Shown: positions 39,768 to 50,044 of the stretch, one piece after another
How the letters are laid out: each line of letters opens with the position of its first letter
How positions within the stretch are numbered: position 1 is the first letter of the stretch
NCBI GenBank assembly: GCA_016721825.1
Contig: JADKHI010000002.1
Span: 320,687-384,686, forward strand
Reading direction: 5' to 3'
DNA: 64,000 bases
Origin: Flavobacteriales bacterium
Lineage (GTDB): Bacteria; Bacteroidota; Bacteroidia; Flavobacteriales_F; PHOS-HE28
Translations under genes and position numbers: made by a program
The notes under the pieces: generated by a model
The model's database searches: none
The model's input: the letters and a program-made list of their open reading frames with translations, nothing else
What the model was told of the DNA's origin: nothing

Positions 39768-40730
39768 GTGAGCGAACATTCGATCCAGATCAACGCCGTG
39801 GACCCTGTTGAGGTGCTCGGGGCGAACGACCAGAACCTGCGGATCATCCGCAACCACTTCCCCAAGCTCAACCTGATCGCCCGCGGCGATGTGCTGAAGG
39901 TCATCGGCGCCGACGAGGACATCGCCCCCTTCCTGGAACGCTGGGACCAACTGGTGCAACACGTTGTCCATTACAACGAACTGCCGCGCAAGGTGCTGGA
40001 CGACATCATGGGCGTGGGACTGCCGAACGAAGCTGCTCCTGAAGAAGCCGATGTGCTCGTGCATGGCAACGCAGGTCTGCGTGTGAAGGCCCGCACCCGC
40101 AACCAGCAGCGCTTGGTTGAGGCTGTGAACACCAACGATATGGTCTTCGCCATCGGCCCTGCGGGCACCGGGAAGACCTACACCGCCGTCGCTCTTGCCG
40201 TGAAAGCCTTGCGTGACCGTCAAGTCCGGCGCATCATCCTCACGCGTCCCGCTGTGGAAGCAGGGGAGAATCTCGGTTTCCTTCCCGGCGACCTGCGTGA
40301 GAAGCTTGATCCCTACCTGCAGCCGCTCTACGACGCGCTCAAGGACATGGTCCCGTTGCAGCGTCTCGCGGAGCACTTGGAGAACGGCGTCATTCAGATC
40401 GCACCGTTGGCCTTCATGCGCGGACGTACGCTCGATCACGCCTTCGTGATCCTGGACGAAGCCCAGAACGCCACCTTGCCGCAGCTCAAGATGTTCCTGA
40501 CCCGCATGGGGCGCAATGCCAAGTTCGTGATCACTGGTGATGTGACCCAGGTGGATCTGCCCGAACGCCAGCCCAGCGGACTGATGCCCACCGTGACCAT
40601 GCTGAAGGATGTGGAAGGCATCAACGTGATCGAGCTCGACGAGAAGGATGTGATCCGCCACGAGCTGGTGATCCGCGTGCTCGGGGCCTTCAAGGAAATG
40701 GAGAAACGCGAAAAGGAAAAGCGCTCATGA
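39768..40730 (+). CDS. phoH: PhoH family ATPase
   Basis: Walker [10 protein letters not shown] and ILDEAQN. GTG start at 39768. Confidence 0.85.
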   Translation: MSEHSIQINAVDPVEVLGANDQNLRIIRNHFPKLNLIARGDVLKVIGADEDIAPFLERWDQLVQHVVHYNELPRKVLDDIMGVGLPNEAAPEEADVLVHGNAGLRVKARTRNQQRLVEAVNTNDMVFAIGPAGTGKTYTAVALAVKALRDRQVRRIILTRPAVEAGENLGFLPGDLREKLDPYLQPLYDALKDMVPLQRLAEHLENGVIQIAPLAFMRGRTLDHAFVILDEAQNATLPQLKMFLTRMGRNAKFVITGDVTQVDLPERQPSGLMPTVTMLKDVEGINVIELDEKDVIRHELVIRVLGAFKEMEKREKEKRS

Positions 40731-41683
40731 TCCCCACACTCCCCGCAACGCTCACGCGCTCGGAGCTCAACTTCCCCGGCGTCATCAAGGTCTACCATGG
40801 CAAGGTGCGCGACGTGTACCACCTGGCCGACGGCCGCATGGTGATGGTGGCCAGCGATCGCATCAGCGCCTTCGACGTCATTCTGCCGCGCGGCATTCCC
40901 CACAAGGGCCAGGTGCTGAGCCAGGTGAGCTGGAACATGCTTCAGGCCACCGCCCACCTCGTGCCCAACTGGACCATTGCAATGCCCGACCCGCAGGTGA
41001 TCGTGGGCCACGCGTGCGACCCGGTGAAAGTGGAGATGGTGGTGCGCGGCTACCTCAGCGGCCACGCCTGGCGCCAATACAAGGCCGGTCACCGTACTCT
41101 CTGTGGCGCCACCATGCCCGAGGGCTTGCGTGAGAGCGACCGCTTTCCCGAACCCATTATCACTCCGAGCACCAAGGCCGACGAAGGGCACGACGAGGAC
41201 ATCACGCCGGACGAGATCCTGAAGCGCGGCCTCTGCACGCCGGAGGAATGGGCGACCATGACGCGGTACGCACTGGCCCTGTTCGCCGAAGGAAGCCGCA
41301 TCGCCAAAGAGCGCGGGCTGATCCTGGTGGACACCAAGTACGAGTTCGGCCGCCGCAACGGCGAGATCCTCGTGATCGACGAGATCCACACGCCCGATAG
41401 CTCACGCTACTTCTATGCGGAAGGTTATGCGGAGCGGCAGGAGTGGGGCGAGGCCCAGAAGCAGCTCAGCAAGGAGTTCGTGCGCGAATGGCTCATGGCC
41501 AATGGCTTCATGGGCAAGGACGGCCAGCAGGTCCCGCACATGGACGATGCCTTCGTGCAGACCGTGAGCGAGCGCTACATCGAGCTCTTTGAGAAGATCA
41601 CGGGCCAGACCTTCGTTCCGGCCGACACCGCCGACATCGAAGGTCGGATCCTGAAGGCGGTGGAAGGGTACTTGAAGGGGTGA
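40727..41683 (+). CDS. purC: phosphoribosylaminoimidazole-succinocarboxamide synthase (long form)
   Basis: YHGKVRDVY and [12 protein letters not shown] motifs. ATGA overlap with phoH. Confidence 0.9.
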   Translation: MIPTLPATLTRSELNFPGVIKVYHGKVRDVYHLADGRMVMVASDRISAFDVILPRGIPHKGQVLSQVSWNMLQATAHLVPNWTIAMPDPQVIVGHACDPVKVEMVVRGYLSGHAWRQYKAGHRTLCGATMPEGLRESDRFPEPIITPSTKADEGHDEDITPDEILKRGLCTPEEWATMTRYALALFAEGSRIAKERGLILVDTKYEFGRRNGEILVIDEIHTPDSSRYFYAEGYAERQEWGEAQKQLSKEFVREWLMANGFMGKDGQQVPHMDDAFVQTVSERYIELFEKITGQTFVPADTADIEGRILKAVEGYLKG

Positions 41684-41698
41684 TCCGAACCCGTTCCC

Positions 41699-42493
41699 AT
41701 GACCCTCCCCATCTCCCTTCGCACGGTGCGCGTGTTGCGCTACATCATGCCGCTGCGCGAAGGCGGTTCGTTGCCGGGCCTTACGGAAGCGGATGACGGT
41801 TTCAAGTACGTGGTGAAGTTCCGGGGGAACGGACATGGCCCCAAGGCGTTGATCGCGGAACTGATCGGTGGCGAGGTGGCGCGTGCCATGGGCCTGCGCG
41901 TGCCGGAGCTTGTGTTCGCGGAACTGGATGAAGCATTCGGCAGGACCGAGGGCGACGAGGAGATCCAGGACCTGCTGCAAGCCAGCCAGGGGCTGAACCT
42001 GGGGCTGCACTTCCTGCCGGGCGCCATCACCTTCGATCCGGTGGTCACCAACGTGGACGCGGACCTCGCCTCACGCATTGTGTGGCTGGACGCCTTCCTC
42101 ACCAACATCGACCGCACCGTGCGCAACACCAATTTGCTCATGTGGCGCAAGGAGCTCTGGCTCATCGACCACGGTTCATGCCTCTACTTCCACCACAGTT
42201 GGAGCAACTGGGAGCGCCACGCCACCGGTCCTTTCGAGCCCATCAAGGACCATGTGCTGTTGCCACAGGCCACCCGCTTGATCGAAGCTGACGCGTATTG
42301 CCGATCACGCTTGTCCAGCGAAACGCTCCGTGCCATCGTGGCCACCATCCCCGACGATTGGTTGCGCTGGGACGATGCCGAGGGTACGCTCGACGAACTG
42401 CGCGCCATTTACGAGCGCTTCCTGATCATGCGGCTGGAACGTTCCGCTGCCTTCACCACCGAAGCCCAAGATGCACGGCAGGCACTTGTATGA
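41699..42493 (+). CDS. HipA-like (PI3/4-kinase fold) putative kinase
   Basis: FLTNIDRTVRNTNLLMW (HipA catalytic-loop-like D-x4-N) and LIDHGSCLYF (metal-binding Asp). 264 aa. Confidence 0.55.
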   Translation: MTLPISLRTVRVLRYIMPLREGGSLPGLTEADDGFKYVVKFRGNGHGPKALIAELIGGEVARAMGLRVPELVFAELDEAFGRTEGDEEIQDLLQASQGLNLGLHFLPGAITFDPVVTNVDADLASRIVWLDAFLTNIDRTVRNTNLLMWRKELWLIDHGSCLYFHHSWSNWERHATGPFEPIKDHVLLPQATRLIEADAYCRSRLSSETLRAIVATIPDDWLRWDDAEGTLDELRAIYERFLIMRLERSAAFTTEAQDARQALV

Positions 42494-42854
42494 GTACGCG
42501 GTTATCCGGCTGTTGCCGGTGCTGGCACGGGAGGAGTTCCTCAACGTGGGCATCATCCTGTTCAGCAAGCAAGCCCGCTTCATCCGTGTGCATGTGGCCT
42601 TGAACGAGGAGAAGCTGCGTTGTTTCGCCGCCGATGTGGATCTAGATCAGGTGCGCGAGAATCTGCGTTCCTTCCAATTCATTGCCGAAGGGGAGAAGGA
42701 GGGCGGCCCGATCGCGGCACTGGACATCCCCTCGCGTTTCCGCTGGCTTACGGCCGTGCGCAGTTCCGCCATCCAGACCAGCCGCCCGCACCCCGGTCTG
42801 TGCGATGACCTTGATGCCACCACGCGGCGGTTGTTCGAAGAACTGGTGGGGTAG
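42471..42854 (+). CDS. DUF3037-like protein
   Basis: YEYAVIRLLPVLAREEFLNVGIILF start pattern, recalled for DUF3037. Overlaps the upstream gene by 23 nt. Confidence 0.55.
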   Translation: MHGRHLYEYAVIRLLPVLAREEFLNVGIILFSKQARFIRVHVALNEEKLRCFAADVDLDQVRENLRSFQFIAEGEKEGGPIAALDIPSRFRWLTAVRSSAIQTSRPHPGLCDDLDATTRRLFEELVG

Positions 42855-42870
42855 GAAGTACGCACACTCA

Positions 42871-43404
42871 TCAATCCTTCCCCACCCGCGCCTTCAGCTC
42901 CACCAGCAAGCTGCCGAGCAGGATGCCCTTGTACTCGTCGGTGTTGCTGGCGATGGCCGCGTTCAGGCGCTTGATGCCGGCGAGCACGCCCTTGTCGTTG
43001 AGGAATTCGTTGTTCTCCAGCACGGTGAGGCACTCGAAGCACTCCTCGGCGTCGCCTTCCACGGCCACCGCCACCAGCGCGTCCACTTGATCACGCACAT
43101 CGAGGCCTGCATTCCAGAAGGTGGCGAGGATGGTACGCCGTACGGAGCGCAAAGCCGGATCCTGCAGGGCCTTCATCAACTCTTCCACGGCGCCGCTCAC
43201 TTTCACCTGGTAGAGCATTTCGGTGATGCGTTGCTGCACCTTCTGCTCCGAGGTCTTCGCCAGTGCGTTCAGCAGGGGCATGATCGAACGCGCATCGCCG
43301 CGCTCATCCACCGTCGCCAGGGCTTTCAGAATGCGTGCATCGTCCGCCGAGAGCAACGCCTCGAAGGTCTTGTCCATGTTGGACTTGTTGGAAGAAGTGG
43401 CCAT
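42871..43404 (-). CDS. hypothetical helical (HEAT-like repeat) protein
   Basis: 177 aa from ATG 43404, repeated Leu/Ala helical pattern, no catalytic motif. Confidence 0.45.
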   Translation of the reverse strand: MATSSNKSNMDKTFEALLSADDARILKALATVDERGDARSIMPLLNALAKTSEQKVQQRITEMLYQVKVSGAVEELMKALQDPALRSVRRTILATFWNAGLDVRDQVDALVAVAVEGDAEECFECLTVLENNEFLNDKGVLAGIKRLNAAIASNTDEYKGILLGSLLVELKARVGKD

Positions 43405-43502
43405 CGCCGCAAAAGTAGAAGAAGCTCGTGGCTCCGGTGGTCTGCGAAAAGTCCGAAGCACTTTGCTCTGCGTCTCAGCGCCTCTGCGGCTAAAAGAGCG
43501 TC

Positions 43503-44510
43503 TTAGAACTTCATGTACAAGCGGCGGCTGGGCTTGCGCTTGAACTTGTAGCTGACCTCGAAGCTGAGGTAGCTGAAGTAGTCGGGCATGCCGGGGTTGC
43601 CCCGGCGACTGCTGCGGATGCTCACGGTGCCGTCCGTCCCCCAACCAGTAGGATCGCTGATGTAGCGGGCCAGGTATTGCGAGGTGCTGTCACCGACATA
43701 CACCGAACCGATCTCACCGTAAGTGGCGTAGCGGCCGCTCACATTGTCCAGGTAGTCCGTAGCGAAGGTGTAGTAGGAGAACTCTGCACCGACGCTGATC
43801 TGCTTCGTCACCATGTACCGCACGCCCATGCCGAAGGGAATGCCGATGTGCCAGGGCGAAGGACGTTGTACGGTCACGCCTTCCTGGTTCAGGTCGCCTT
43901 CCGTGGCCCAGCTGTAAAGGTCGGTCTCGTAGGTGCCGTCCTGCTCGATCACATTGCCGCTCTCTGACTCGCGGGGTGCATCACGGATGGTGCCATCGTC
44001 CCAGTAGAAGTAGCGGTTGTCCAGGTTGGCATCACCACGGAACAGGTCGCCTTTGGGCTTGCCGTAGAACACGCCGAGGCCCGTGTAGAAGTACATGAAG
44101 AAGCGCTGCTGGAACAGCGGCTTGAAAGGCTCGCGGTAAGCGTTGAGCACCACGTGGGTGGAAACACCATAGAGGTCCGTGCGGAAGTTGAGGCCTCGGC
44201 GGAAGTTCTTCAGGTCCAGGCCGCTTAGGCCGTCGGTGGGTTCCGCTTCGTTGTAGCCAAGCCGGTGCCAGCTGAAACGCCCTTCCATGGTGAGCGAGCG
44301 CGTGACATAGCCACGCGGATTGTTGAGAAAATCGCGAACGGTGAGGCACACACCCGGTCGTGTGCTGTTCCACTGGATGGGGCTGTCCCAATTGCCAAGG
44401 TCACCGTAGTACTGCGTGGCACCCACGGCCAAGCCGACCTCCATGTTGCGCTGTGCGGACAGGGAACAGGAGAGGGCCAGAAATGCGATCGTGAGTGAAC
44501 GTCCGATCAT
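43503..44510 (-). CDS. outer-membrane beta-barrel protein (DUF6089-like)
   Basis: Signal peptide ...SCSLSAQ, EVGLAVGATQYYGDLGNW start, C-terminal aromatic residue (YMKF). Confidence 0.6.
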   Translation of the reverse strand: MIGRSLTIAFLALSCSLSAQRNMEVGLAVGATQYYGDLGNWDSPIQWNSTRPGVCLTVRDFLNNPRGYVTRSLTMEGRFSWHRLGYNEAEPTDGLSGLDLKNFRRGLNFRTDLYGVSTHVVLNAYREPFKPLFQQRFFMYFYTGLGVFYGKPKGDLFRGDANLDNRYFYWDDGTIRDAPRESESGNVIEQDGTYETDLYSWATEGDLNQEGVTVQRPSPWHIGIPFGMGVRYMVTKQISVGAEFSYYTFATDYLDNVSGRYATYGEIGSVYVGDSTSQYLARYISDPTGWGTDGTVSIRSSRRGNPGMPDYFSYLSFEVSYKFKRKPSRRLYMKF

Positions 44511-44592
44511 CCGCAGGTCGAATGGTCCATCGAAATTACATGATCAAGACGCCGAATGCGCAAAGGGTTGCCCTTTGGAGTGCCGTTTCAGG

Positions 44593-45255
44593 TCAGCGGG
44601 CAGCGAAAATGGCGGTGCCCACACGGACCATTGTGCTCCCCGCTGCGATGGCCAGGTCAACGTCCCCGCTCATGCCCATGCTCAGTTCCGTGAACTGGTC
44701 CCGGGGGAAGACCTCCGTGCTCCGGAGCTCTGCCCAAAGCGCCGCGAGGCTCTCGAATTCACCCTGCACCTGTGAGCGGTCCTCCGTATTGGTGGCCATG
44801 CCCATCACCCCGCGAACACGCACGTTCGGCCATGCCGCCCAAGGCCATGTCTTCAGTGCGGACCGCAATTCGGCGGGGGAGAGGCCGTGCTTCGTTTCCT
44901 CTTGAGCGATGAAGACCTGGAGCAGCACGTCCACGCTACGGCCTTCAGCTAAGGCGCGCTTCTGTATCTCTTCCAACAGCCTTTCGCTCTCCACACCATG
45001 GATCAGGTGAACGAAAGGGACGATGTGCTTTACGTTGCTGCGTTGCAGGTGTCCGATGAAGTGCCAGGCGATGTCATGCGGGAGGACCGGCTGCTTCTCA
45101 CGAAGCTCCTGCGGGTAGTTCTCCCCGAAGTGCCGTTGCCCCAGGTCGTAGAGGGATTGGATCTCGGCCACACTACGCGTCTTGCTCACGGCCACCAGCG
45201 TCACGTTCGGCGGAATGCCGGCCTTTACGTGGGCGTATCGTTCTGCGAGGGGCAT
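44593..45255 (-). CDS. yggS: YggS family pyridoxal-phosphate homeostasis protein
   Basis: LVAVSKTRS (PLP Lys), HFGENYPQEL, IGHLQRNK-like IGHLQRSNVK. Confidence 0.85.
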   Translation of the reverse strand: MPLAERYAHVKAGIPPNVTLVAVSKTRSVAEIQSLYDLGQRHFGENYPQELREKQPVLPHDIAWHFIGHLQRSNVKHIVPFVHLIHGVESERLLEEIQKRALAEGRSVDVLLQVFIAQEETKHGLSPAELRSALKTWPWAAWPNVRVRGVMGMATNTEDRSQVQGEFESLAALWAELRSTEVFPRDQFTELSMGMSGDVDLAIAAGSTMVRVGTAIFAAR

Positions 45256-45294
45256 TGCGAATGGTCGACCCGTGGGGTCGACTGTACATGGGCG

Positions 45295-46512
45295 TTAAAC
45301 GTCCTCCAACGAATACACGGTGAGGCCGCTGCGGAGCTTGGGTTCGATGTAGGTGCTCTTGGGGGGCATGGTGCCACCGCTATCGGCCACGGCCTTCAGT
45401 TCCTCAAAGCTCACGGGTTGCAGGTGGAAGGCGGCTTCCATGGTGCCGCTGTCCACGAGCTGCTCCAGTTCCTCGATGCCATGGGTGCCGGGGATGAAAT
45501 GTATGTGCGGGTCGGTGCGCAGGTCCTCGATACCAAGAACAGGACCCAGCACCAGTTCGCTCAGGCGGGCGGGATCGAGCTTCTCCGAGGCCGTGGCTTG
45601 CTCGGGCGGATCGGGCAGGTGAAGGGCGTGCCAACCCAGCTTGGTCCGCACACAGACAATACCATGCACCGTGCCGGGGGAATCGACCTTCTCCACTTTG
45701 CCGATGCGGGAAAGGGCCTCGATGAACTGCTCGGAGCTCAGGCCGTTCAAGGTGGTGACGGCGCGGTCGAAGTTGAAGATGTGGAGGTGCGTGTGCGGCA
45801 GCACATAGGCCAGGCACCAGGCCTTGGGGTCCACGTCCGTGGCGCCGCTGGTCTCGCCCAGGCGGGCACTGCTGGCCAGACGGTGGTGCCCATCCGCGAT
45901 GTACAGCGCCGGAAATTCGGAGAAGACATGTTGAAGCGCGTTGCGAACGGCCAGATCGCTCACGGCCCAGAAGCGGTGCCGAACGCCGTCGCCTGTGGTG
46001 AAATCGCTGTCGGGCTTGCCGTGGGTGATGGGGGTGAGCACGAACTCCATGGCGCCATCATCGGGCGCTGCCAAGAGGACAGGTTCCGCGTTGATGCCGG
46101 TGGCTTCGAGGTAATCCTTGAACAGCGATTCGCGGGCAGTGAGCGTTTGCTCGTGCACCTTGATGAGCCCGGCGCGGTAGTCGGCCACGCTAACACCGGC
46201 GATCAGGCCCAACGAGGCCACGCCATGGTTGGTCTGTTCATAGACGTAGATGCAGGGTTCCTCATCGCGCTGCAAGTAACCGAGGTCGCAGAAGGCCTTG
46301 AACTTCATCTGCACGCGGTGGTAGCGTTCCAGCCGGGGCAGGTGCGCGTCCCGCCCTTGGTCGGGGTGGATGACGTGCAGGAAGGTGTAGGGATTGCCGT
46401 CGAGCTTGGCGGACAGTTGCTCCTGCGTGTAGGCCACGTAGCTGCGGCTGCCCACGCGGTGGGCCTTCTGCTGCACCGGTCGCCACGCGCGGAACGGACG
46501 GAGCTGGATCAT
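45295..46512 (-). CDS. DUF1015 family protein
   Basis: MIQLRPFRAWRP start and ADGHHR motif. Lies next to serA/serC. Confidence 0.65.
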   Translation of the reverse strand: MIQLRPFRAWRPVQQKAHRVGSRSYVAYTQEQLSAKLDGNPYTFLHVIHPDQGRDAHLPRLERYHRVQMKFKAFCDLGYLQRDEEPCIYVYEQTNHGVASLGLIAGVSVADYRAGLIKVHEQTLTARESLFKDYLEATGINAEPVLLAAPDDGAMEFVLTPITHGKPDSDFTTGDGVRHRFWAVSDLAVRNALQHVFSEFPALYIADGHHRLASSARLGETSGATDVDPKAWCLAYVLPHTHLHIFNFDRAVTTLNGLSSEQFIEALSRIGKVEKVDSPGTVHGIVCVRTKLGWHALHLPDPPEQATASEKLDPARLSELVLGPVLGIEDLRTDPHIHFIPGTHGIEELEQLVDSGTMEAAFHLQPVSFEELKAVADSGGTMPPKSTYIEPKLRSGLTVYSLEDV

Positions 46513-46514
46513 GC

Positions 46515-47486
46515 TCAGGAGTTCACCTGAACGCTATCCCGCCAGCTGATGATCAGGTCGGCGAGCTCTTCACCAACACGGCCTTGTGCTTCCGCCGTAG
46601 CGGCTCCGATGTGCGGGCTCAGGCTAAGCTTGGGTTCGGTGAGCAGGTCGGCGCGGGGCTCGGGTTCGTTGGTAAAGACATCTAGCGCGGCACCTTTCAC
46701 GCGACCGCTCTTCAGTGCAGCGAGCAGAGCGTCCTCATCGATGCTGCCACCACGAGCGGTATTCACGATCACCACTCCAGGCTTCACTTGGGCCAGGTGT
46801 TCCGCGGAAAGCACTGGCTGTCCATCTTTCTGGCCGGGCACGTGTACGCTTATGGCATCGGCCTGGGCAAGCAGCTCTTCCATGGTCACCATCTTCACGC
46901 CGACACGCACCGTCTGACCGTTGATCTCCAGTTCGATGGCCTCGGCCACCGCACTGTTGTCCACGTAGATCACACGCATGCCACAACCCAGGGCGTAACG
47001 GGCAGTCCACTGGCCGATGCGTCCGAAGCCGATGATGCCGATGGTCTTGCCGCGCACCTCGGTCCCCTTCTCGTAGGCTTTCTTCAGGTCCTTGAACTTG
47101 GTGCGGCCGTCCACCGGCATGGTGCGGTTGCTCTCGTGCAGGTTGCGCATGAGGCCGAAGAGGTGCGCCATCACCAGTTCCGCCACCGAGATGGAAGAGG
47201 AGGCCGGCGTGTTGATCACGGGGATGCCTTTCGTCTTGGCATGTGCCACATCGATGTTGTCGAGCCCAACACCGCCGCGACCGATGAGCTTCAGTCCGGG
47301 GCAGGCATCGATCAGCTCCTTGCGGGCCTTGGTGGCGCTGCGTACCAGCAGCACGTCGACCTTTTCCGCGTTGATGAAGGCGATCAGCTGTTCCTGGGGA
47401 ACGTGGTCGGTGGTAACGGTGAACCCTTCCTCCTGAAGGCGGGTCTTGGCATCGGCGTTGATGCCGTCGTTGGCGTGAATGCGCAT
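46515..47486 (-). CDS. serA: D-3-phosphoglycerate dehydrogenase (short form 2-hydroxyacid dehydrogenase)
   Basis: NAD motif GIIGFGRIGQ, catalytic-region pattern, adjacent to serC. Confidence 0.8.
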   Translation of the reverse strand: MRIHANDGINADAKTRLQEEGFTVTTDHVPQEQLIAFINAEKVDVLLVRSATKARKELIDACPGLKLIGRGGVGLDNIDVAHAKTKGIPVINTPASSSISVAELVMAHLFGLMRNLHESNRTMPVDGRTKFKDLKKAYEKGTEVRGKTIGIIGFGRIGQWTARYALGCGMRVIYVDNSAVAEAIELEINGQTVRVGVKMVTMEELLAQADAISVHVPGQKDGQPVLSAEHLAQVKPGVVIVNTARGGSIDEDALLAALKSGRVKGAALDVFTNEPEPRADLLTEPKLSLSPHIGAATAEAQGRVGEELADLIISWRDSVQVNS

Positions 47487-47492
47487 GGGTGG

Positions 47493-48581
47493 TTATCCGT
47501 TCTTCTTCGCAAAATGCTCCATCACATCCACCAGCGCTTGCACGCTTTCAATGGGGAGGGCGTTGTACATGCTGGCGCGGTACCCGCCCACGCTGCGGTG
47601 GCCGCGTATGCCGCTGATGTTGGCCTCCTTCCAGAGAGCGTCGAACGCAGGCTCCAGGGCGGCATCGCTCAGGACGAAGGTGGGGTTCATCACGCTGCGG
47701 TCCTCCACGGCCGTGGTGCCTTTGAACACCGGCAGGCGGTCAATGGCATCATAGAGCAGCGCGGCCTTGGCGGCGTTGCGCTTCTCCATGGCGGCCACTC
47801 CGCCCATTTTCTTCATCCACTCCATGGTGAGCATGCTCACATACACGGCGAAGACGGGGGGCGTGTTGTACATGCTCTCCTTGCTGGCGTGGTTCTTCAG
47901 GTCCAGCATTGGGCTGAGCTTGCGGCCGGTGTGGCCAAGCGCATCCGGGTCCATCAGGTACACCGTAGCACCAGCGGGGCCCATGTTCTTTTGCGCACCA
48001 CCGTAGATCAGGGCGAAGTCGGCCACGTTCACCGGGCGACTGAAGATGTCGCTGCTCATGTCGCAGACCACCGGCACCGAGCTTTTCGGGAACTGCTTGT
48101 ACTGCGTGCCGAAGATGGTGTTGTTGCTGGTGAAGTGGAAATAGTCCGCATCCGCTGGGATCTCGAAACCCTTAGGGATGTAGCTGAAGTTCTTGTCCTC
48201 GCTGCTGGCCACGACAATGGTCTCGCCGATCAACTTGCTCTCCTTTACGGCACGGGTGGCCCACTCACCGGTGTTGGCATAAGCCGACTTGCCGCCGATC
48301 TTCATGTAGTTGAGCGGCACCATGTGGAAGCCGAGGCTGGCACCGCCGCCCAGGAACACCACTTGGTACTTGTCCGGAGCACCGAGAAGCTCCTTCACCA
48401 GGCCTTGGGCATTGGCCATCACGGCCTCGAAAGGCTTGCTGCGGTGGCTCATCTCCAGAATGCTGAGGCCGCTGCCTTCAAAGTCGAGCACCGCCTGGGC
48501 GGCCTGTTCGAGCACTTCCTGCGGCAGGATGCAGGGGCCTGCGCTGTAGTTGTGGACCTTCTTCTTGGTGGCCGTGAGCAT
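47493..48581 (-). CDS. serC: phosphoserine aminotransferase
   Basis: NYSAGPCILPQEVL start region. 362 aa from ATG 48581. Confidence 0.85.
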   Translation of the reverse strand: MLTATKKKVHNYSAGPCILPQEVLEQAAQAVLDFEGSGLSILEMSHRSKPFEAVMANAQGLVKELLGAPDKYQVVFLGGGASLGFHMVPLNYMKIGGKSAYANTGEWATRAVKESKLIGETIVVASSEDKNFSYIPKGFEIPADADYFHFTSNNTIFGTQYKQFPKSSVPVVCDMSSDIFSRPVNVADFALIYGGAQKNMGPAGATVYLMDPDALGHTGRKLSPMLDLKNHASKESMYNTPPVFAVYVSMLTMEWMKKMGGVAAMEKRNAAKAALLYDAIDRLPVFKGTTAVEDRSVMNPTFVLSDAALEPAFDALWKEANISGIRGHRSVGGYRASMYNALPIESVQALVDVMEHFAKKNG

Positions 48582-48722
48582 GGGGATGTGTTCTGATTTC
48601 GGCGCCAAAGGTAGAAGGACGGGGGGAGGGCGCCGGTCAATGATGTGGTGCTTCGTGAAGGGCTGATCGTTAAGAACCGGCCAACGACCCGGAACGGTCA
48701 CGCTGGTGGAGTGTTCCTCTGG

Positions 48723-49565
48723 TCAACGGCCCTTGGGAGGTGGGTTCCATGGCTTGTGGATGTCCATGTCCCGGGCGTCGATGTCGCGTTGGAAGAGCCA
48801 ATGGTCCTTGTCCCAGACGTAAGCGTCGTAGCTCATGTCCGGACCGTAGAAAGCGGCCTGTCCTTCGAGGTCCTGCCGACTGGGGCTCAGGTGGTCGAGC
48901 ACGATCCGCTTCATCGCCGCGTCCCAACGCAGGCTCATGGTGGCCTGGTAGGAGTAGCCAAAGACCTCGCGTTGCCGGCGAACCTTGCCTTCACCGAAGA
49001 GCGGGGCACCGAAGCGGGGCATGCCACCCTTGAAACTGAGCACCTCGATCACCTTGCGCGTCTCGATGGTGCTCTGGCCTTTCCAGCCCAGCAGGGTGTA
49101 GTAGACCTTGCCCCCTTTCGAAGCAGGTACAACGGCGTAGTAGACGGCCCCGTACCACTTGTCCGGTCCCAGTTCCACCGCAGTGGGCGCGGTGATCTTG
49201 GCGGACATGTCGCGCAGTTCGAACAGCACCCGGCGCTTCTTCTCCTGCACCAGGAGAAAGCCCTCGAACCCGTGGCTGCCATTGGCGTAGGGCAGGTTCC
49301 AGGTGAAGAGCCTGAACTTCCCATCCGGAGCATCGACCCGGCTCAGCTTGATGTCATCGAAGTTGGCCGTGAAGGCATCGTCAGCCTCCAGAAGGATGCG
49401 CAGTTCGTGCTTCACCAGCAGGTTCGCACTGTCCTTCGCGGCGTCGGTATCTGCAGCACCCAGCTCAGCGATCCGGGCGGCCAACGCGCTGTGGTCGGGG
49501 GGCTGTCCCTGGGCGAAGGTGCTAACGACGAGCAGAAGGAAGAGGGCTACAGAGATGCTCCGCAT
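48723..49565 (-). CDS. hypothetical secreted protein
   Basis: Signal peptide MRSISVALFLLLVVSTFAQG at ATG 49565. No motif recognised. Confidence 0.55.
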   Translation of the reverse strand: MRSISVALFLLLVVSTFAQGQPPDHSALAARIAELGAADTDAAKDSANLLVKHELRILLEADDAFTANFDDIKLSRVDAPDGKFRLFTWNLPYANGSHGFEGFLLVQEKKRRVLFELRDMSAKITAPTAVELGPDKWYGAVYYAVVPASKGGKVYYTLLGWKGQSTIETRKVIEVLSFKGGMPRFGAPLFGEGKVRRQREVFGYSYQATMSLRWDAAMKRIVLDHLSPSRQDLEGQAAFYGPDMSYDAYVWDKDHWLFQRDIDARDMDIHKPWNPPPKGR

Positions 49566-49653
49566 GGATGGACCAACGACAGGTTCCGTGCCGAAAGTAC
49601 AGGGATCAGAAACCAAGAGTCGTTCACGCTGCGTGGACGACACAAGTGTTGCC

Positions 49654-50001
49654 CTACAGGTGCATGAACTCCTTCTTCGCCATCAGCTGCTCCTTGGTCT
49701 CGCGGTGGTCGGGGTCGTCCACGCAGCAATCCACAGGGCAAACGGCGGCGCACTGGGGCTCATCATGGAAGCCTGTGCATTCGGTGCACTTATCGGTCAC
49801 GATGTAGTAGACATCCATGGCAACCGGGGCCTGGGCGCCATCGGCATCGAGCACGGTGCCCATGGGGGTGGTCTGCTGCCCGTGCAAGCTGGTGCCATCG
49901 CTAAGGCGCCATTCGACGCCACCTTCGTAGATGGCATTGTTGGGGCACTCGGGTTCGCAGGCACCGCAGTTGATGCACTCGTCCGTGATCGTGATGGCCA
50001 T
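49654..50001 (-). CDS. 4Fe-4S dicluster ferredoxin
   Basis: [12 protein letters not shown] and CTECTGF...[10 protein letters not shown] cluster motifs. Confidence 0.85.
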   Translation of the reverse strand: MAITITDECINCGACEPECPNNAIYEGGVEWRLSDGTSLHGQQTTPMGTVLDADGAQAPVAMDVYYIVTDKCTECTGFHDEPQCAAVCPVDCCVDDPDHRETKEQLMAKKEFMHL

Positions 50002-50013
50002 GGCAACAGGGTC

Positions 50014-50034
50014 TAATTTGGCGCCGCGAATATA
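50014..50034. promoter_or_regulatory. divergent candidate -7 boxes in a 43-nt gap (TAATTTGG on +, TATATTCG on -)
   Basis: Both lie within 25 nt of their start codons (50045 on +, 50001 on -). Each has one mismatch to TAnnTTTG. Confidence 0.25.
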
Positions 50035-50044
50035 GCCCGTACAC

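Noticed and set aside
44998-46530. 510-aa plus-strand ORF
   Set aside because: It is antisense to yggS and the DUF1015 gene and spans their intergenic gap, which a real gene would not be expected to do.
46788-48596. 602-aa plus-strand ORF
   Set aside because: It runs antisense across the serA/serC boundary. Both minus-strand genes have clear family motifs, and the composition is again typical of an antisense frame.
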